Shown: piece after piece, positions 60,982 to 64,000 of the stretch
Position numbering within the stretch: position 1 is the stretch's first letter
How the letters are laid out: every line of letters starts with the position of its first letter
Assembly: GCA_001917535.1 (NCBI GenBank)
Contig: MNEF01000083.1
Coordinates: 4,219 to 68,218 of the forward strand
Direction of reading: 5' to 3'
Length of the DNA stretch: 64,000 nt
From: Candidatus Rokubacteria bacterium 13_1_40CM_69_27
GTDB lineage: Bacteria; Methylomirabilota; Methylomirabilia; Rokubacteriales; CSP1-6
Made by a program: the position numbers and the translations under genes
The notes under the pieces: model-generated
The model's input: only the letters and a program-made list of their open reading frames with translations
What the model was told of the DNA's origin: nothing
Database searches by the model: none

Positions 60982-62352
60982 ATGATCTTCCACCAGCTGC
61001 AGAACGAGGAGTCGGGTTGTCTGTCGTACCTGATCGGCTGCGGCCAGGCGGGCGAGGCGGTCGTGGTGGACCCCGGGCGTGACCGGGTGGACGACTACCT
61101 CCGGCTGGCGCGCAAGAAAGGGCTCAAGATCACCCGGATCATCGAGACCCACACCCACGCCGATCACATCTCGGGTAACCGTGACCTGGCGGCGCTCACC
61201 ACGGCGCCCATCCTCCTCCATCACTCGAGCAAAGCCATCTTCGACCACCTCACCGTGAGGGACGGCGACGAGGTTCGGATCGGCACCGTCTCGCTCAAGG
61301 TCATGCACACGCCCGGGCACACGCCCGACAGCCTGTGTCTGCTGGTGACCGACCGCGGCCGGGGCAGCGATCCCTGGTTCATCCTCACCGGCGACACGCT
61401 CTTCATCGGCGATGTCGGGCGGCCCGACCTGGGCGGCGAGCAGGCGGCGGCCGACCTCTACGCGAGCCTGCACACGGCGCTCTTGCCCCTGCCCGACAGC
61501 GTCGAGGTGTACCCGGCGCACGGCGCCGGCTCGCTCTGCGGGCGCGCGATGTCCTCCAAGTCGGCCTCGACCATCGGCTTCGAGCGGCGCTTTAACCCGG
61601 CGCTGGCGGCCTGGAGCCAGGACGAGTTCGTGCAGCTCGTGATGACCGGCCTGCCGGCGAAGCCGCCCTCCTTCGAGACCATCGTCGGCAAGAATCAGGG
61701 GACCATCCCGCTCGCCAGCGCGAAGCCCCGCCCCTACACGGCACGCGAGGCGTGGGAGGCGGTGCAGCACGGCGCCTGCGTCGTCGACCTGCGCGATCCC
61801 TCCACGTACGGCGAGGGCCACGTGCCCGCGGCGATCAACGTGTGGATCGAGAGCCCGCAGTTCGCCGACCGCGTGAGCTGGTTCGCGCCGACGGGGGCGC
61901 CGCTGATCCTCGTGGCCCAGGGCCCGTCCGACCTGGACCGCGCGCTCGGCGGACTGACGCGGGTGGGTGTCGACCAGGTCGTGGGGTTCATCCAGCGCGG
62001 CATGATCGAGTGGCGCAGTGAGGAGCTCCCGGTGGAAACCGTCCCCCAGATCACGGTGTACGACCTCGCCGAGTGGCTGGAGGAACGGCGAGAGGTCGTG
62101 GTCGTCGACGTGCGGGAGCCGTTCGAATGGCGCGAGGGCCACATCGACGGCGCTCTGCATTTGCCGATGCTGGAGGCCGCCGGCCGGCTGGATGAGATCC
62201 CGCGCGAACGTCCCAAAGCCGTCCTCTGTGCGGGAGGCCTGCGCTCGAGCACCGTGATCAGCGCGCTGAAGCGTCGGGGGATCGGGAGCTGGTACAACGT
62301 CACCGGCGGGATGACGGCCTGGCTGAAGGCGGGCCATCCGGTCGGGCGCTAG
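60982..62352 (+). CDS. MBL-fold persulfide-dioxygenase-like domain fused to two rhodanese domains
   Basis: HTHADHISG metallo-beta-lactamase motif, HTPGHTPDS, GDTLFIGDVGRPD; C-terminal rhodanese with active-site loop CAGGLRSS; perfect TATAAT at 60957-60962. Confidence 0.85.
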   Translation: MIFHQLQNEESGCLSYLIGCGQAGEAVVVDPGRDRVDDYLRLARKKGLKITRIIETHTHADHISGNRDLAALTTAPILLHHSSKAIFDHLTVRDGDEVRIGTVSLKVMHTPGHTPDSLCLLVTDRGRGSDPWFILTGDTLFIGDVGRPDLGGEQAAADLYASLHTALLPLPDSVEVYPAHGAGSLCGRAMSSKSASTIGFERRFNPALAAWSQDEFVQLVMTGLPAKPPSFETIVGKNQGTIPLASAKPRPYTAREAWEAVQHGACVVDLRDPSTYGEGHVPAAINVWIESPQFADRVSWFAPTGAPLILVAQGPSDLDRALGGLTRVGVDQVVGFIQRGMIEWRSEELPVETVPQITVYDLAEWLEERREVVVVDVREPFEWREGHIDGALHLPMLEAAGRLDEIPRERPKAVLCAGGLRSSTVISALKRRGIGSWYNVTGGMTAWLKAGHPVGR

Positions 62353-62376
62353 CCGGAGCCCGCCGGCCGCGACCGC

Positions 62377-64000
62377 TTACTCGGAGGTGACCCTCAGGAC
62401 CTCCTCGACGGTGGTGACGCCCTCGATCACCTTCAGGAGCGCGGCCTCGCGGAGGGTCTTCATGCCTTGGTCGCGCGCCACTTTGCAGATCTCGGTCGTC
62501 GGCGCGTTGTGCATGATGAGGTCGCGGAGCTCCCGGGTCACCGGCATCACCTCGTAGACGGCGATCCGCCCCTTCGTCCCCGTGAAGCTGCAGGCCTGAC
62601 AGCCCCGCCCCTTGTAGAACGTGCACGTGCGGAGGCCTTGCGGCGTGTGGCCGTAGGGCACCAGGCTCTCCTCCTGGCTCTCGTAGGGCTCCTTGCACTC
62701 GCTGCAGACCTTGCGGACGAGGCGCTGGCCCGCCACCAGGCGGAGCGATGAAGAGAGCAGGAAGGGCGGGACGCCCATGTCGAGGAGGCGCGCGATCGTC
62801 GAGGCGCAATCGTTCGTGTGGATGGTGCTCAGGACCAGGTGGCCCGTCAGTGATGCCCGGATCGCGATCTGGGAGGTTTCGATGTCGCGCATCTCACCGA
62901 CCAGGATGATGTCGGGATCGTGGCGCAGGAAGGAGCGGAGCCCCGCCGCGAAGCTGAGCCCGATCTCCTCGTTCACCTGGATCTGAGTGACCCGGGCCAG
63001 GTTGTACTCCACCGGATCCTCCAGCGTGAGGATGTGGATGTCCGGTGTGTTGACGGTCTGCAGTGCCGAGTAGAGGGTCGTGGTCTTGCCCGATCCGGTG
63101 GGACCCGTGATCAGGATCATCCCGTACGGGCTCCGGATGGCCTTCTGGAAGTGCTCGAGGCTCCAGGGATCGAATCCCAGCTGGGTCAGATCGAGCTTGA
63201 GCGCGCCCTTGTCGAGGAGTCGGAGCACGATGCTTTCGCCGAAGATCGTGGGCAGGACGGACACGCGGAAATCGATCTCCCGGGCCTCGTCGCGGAACTT
63301 GATCCGGCCGTCCTGGGGCAGCCGCCGCTCGGCGATGTCCAGGCTCGCCATGATCTTGATGCGGGAGACGAGGGCCGGCTCGAGCCCGCGAGGCGGCGTC
63401 ATCACGTCGTGCAGGATCCCGTCGATCCGGAGCCTCACGTGGAAGCCCCCCTCGTCGGGCTCCAGGTGGATGTCGGAGGCCCCCTTCAGGATCGCGTCGA
63501 GGAGAATCAGGTTCACGAGCCGGACGACGGGGACCTGGTCGGCCGACGTCCGCAGCTCCACGGCGCTCGGGGCGCCGGTGCGCTCGCGGTTTTCCGTGGC
63601 CGCGATCCGCGCGGCCAGCGCCTCCGCTTCGCCCATGACGTTGGCCAGCGTCGAGCTCTCCGGCTCGTAGGACTCCTCGATGGCCTTGCGAATGCCCGAC
63701 GGCGGTGCGATCACGGGAACGACCTTGAGCCCGGTTCGGAACGCCACGTCGTCCAGCGCGGAGAGGTTCGACGGGTCCGACATGGCCAGGACCAGCGAGG
63801 TAGGCGTGCGCCGGGCGACCGGGATCACCTCGTACTTGCGGGCCACGCTGGCCGGCACGAGCTTGAGAAGCTCTGGTGCGATCCTTCCTTCGGGGAGGGT
63901 GACGACGGATACCCGGTACTGGCGTGACAGCAGGTGGACGAGGTCGTCTTCCGCGATGAAGCCGAGCCGAACCAGGACCGTACCGAGCTTCTCGTTGGTT
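62377..64000 (-). CDS. pilB: type IV pilus assembly / type II secretion ATPase (PilB/GspE family), 5' end outside window
   Basis: GSPII_E N-domain, Walker A GPTGSGKTT, Asp/His boxes, tetracysteine CSEC...CQAC; frame stays open upstream of 63858 to the window edge (…TNEKLGTVLVRLGFIAEDDLV…). Confidence 0.9.
   Translation of the reverse strand, partial: TNEKLGTVLVRLGFIAEDDLVHLLSRQYRVSVVTLPEGRIAPELLKLVPASVARKYEVIPVARRTPTSLVLAMSDPSNLSALDDVAFRTGLKVVPVIAPPSGIRKAIEESYEPESSTLANVMGEAEALAARIAATENRERTGAPSAVELRTSADQVPVVRLVNLILLDAILKGASDIHLEPDEGGFHVRLRIDGILHDVMTPPRGLEPALVSRIKIMASLDIAERRLPQDGRIKFRDEAREIDFRVSVLPTIFGESIVLRLLDKGALKLDLTQLGFDPWSLEHFQKAIRSPYGMILITGPTGSGKTTTLYSALQTVNTPDIHILTLEDPVEYNLARVTQIQVNEEIGLSFAAGLRSFLRHDPDIILVGEMRDIETSQIAIRASLTGHLVLSTIHTNDCASTIARLLDMGVPPFLLSSSLRLVAGQRLVRKVCSECKEPYESQEESLVPYGHTPQGLRTCTFYKGRGCQACSFTGTKGRIAVYEVMPVTRELRDLIMHNAPTTEICKVARDQGMKTLREAALLKVIEGVTTVEEVLRVTSE

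Overview
This is a very GC-rich (roughly two-thirds G+C by eye), densely coding 64-kb window. Most genes lie on the + strand and many are joined by 4-nt start/stop overlaps. All gene calls come from motif recognition by eye, since no database search was possible.

The content is almost entirely core housekeeping of a diderm bacterium:
- DNA repair and replication: uvrB, uvrC, holA, dnaE, xerD.
- Translation: leuS, valS, rpsT, miaB, hpf, and a CCA/poly(A) polymerase.
- Nucleotide and cofactor metabolism: pyrG, guaA, a GuaB3-like gene, metK, ahcY, birA, coaX, accA.
- A large LPS/sigma-54 block (kdsA, kdsD, lptC, lptA, lptB, rpoN, hpf, rapZ), with lptE and an apparently fused lptF-lptG elsewhere.

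I saw no rRNA, tRNA, CRISPR array, transposase or recognisable defence system. The lineage is probably an uncultured high-GC diderm (Rokubacteria/Methylomirabilota-like), but that is inference only.

Features the ORF track does not explain:
1. A peroxiredoxin gene (58506-58997) is interrupted by a single in-frame TGA exactly at the peroxidatic-Cys codon. This is a candidate selenoprotein, with a hairpin downstream of the TGA.
2. A family of mosaic palindromic intergenic repeats fills nearly all of the large gaps. It has five full copies and one remnant, built from two hairpin modules. The stems show compensatory substitutions. The hairpins sit 2-5 nt after stop codons or 3 nt before start codons.
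3. A single ORF encodes both an LptF-like and an LptG-like permease half.
4. An archaeal-type fructose-1,6-bisphosphate aldolase/phosphatase carries a long N-terminal extension and insertions. It is divergent from a SorC-family regulator across an AT-rich palindrome.
5. Two paralogous small secreted Lys/Ala-rich proteins are present, and one has its signal peptide frameshifted by 1 nt.
6. An orphan PaaK-like ligase plus PaaA-like di-iron oxygenase cassette sits directly upstream of the candidate selenoprotein.
7. A sigma-54-type -24/-12 motif lies directly upstream of lptC.

I did not find a clear multi-gene novel system. The selenoprotein and the repeat family are the strongest leads.
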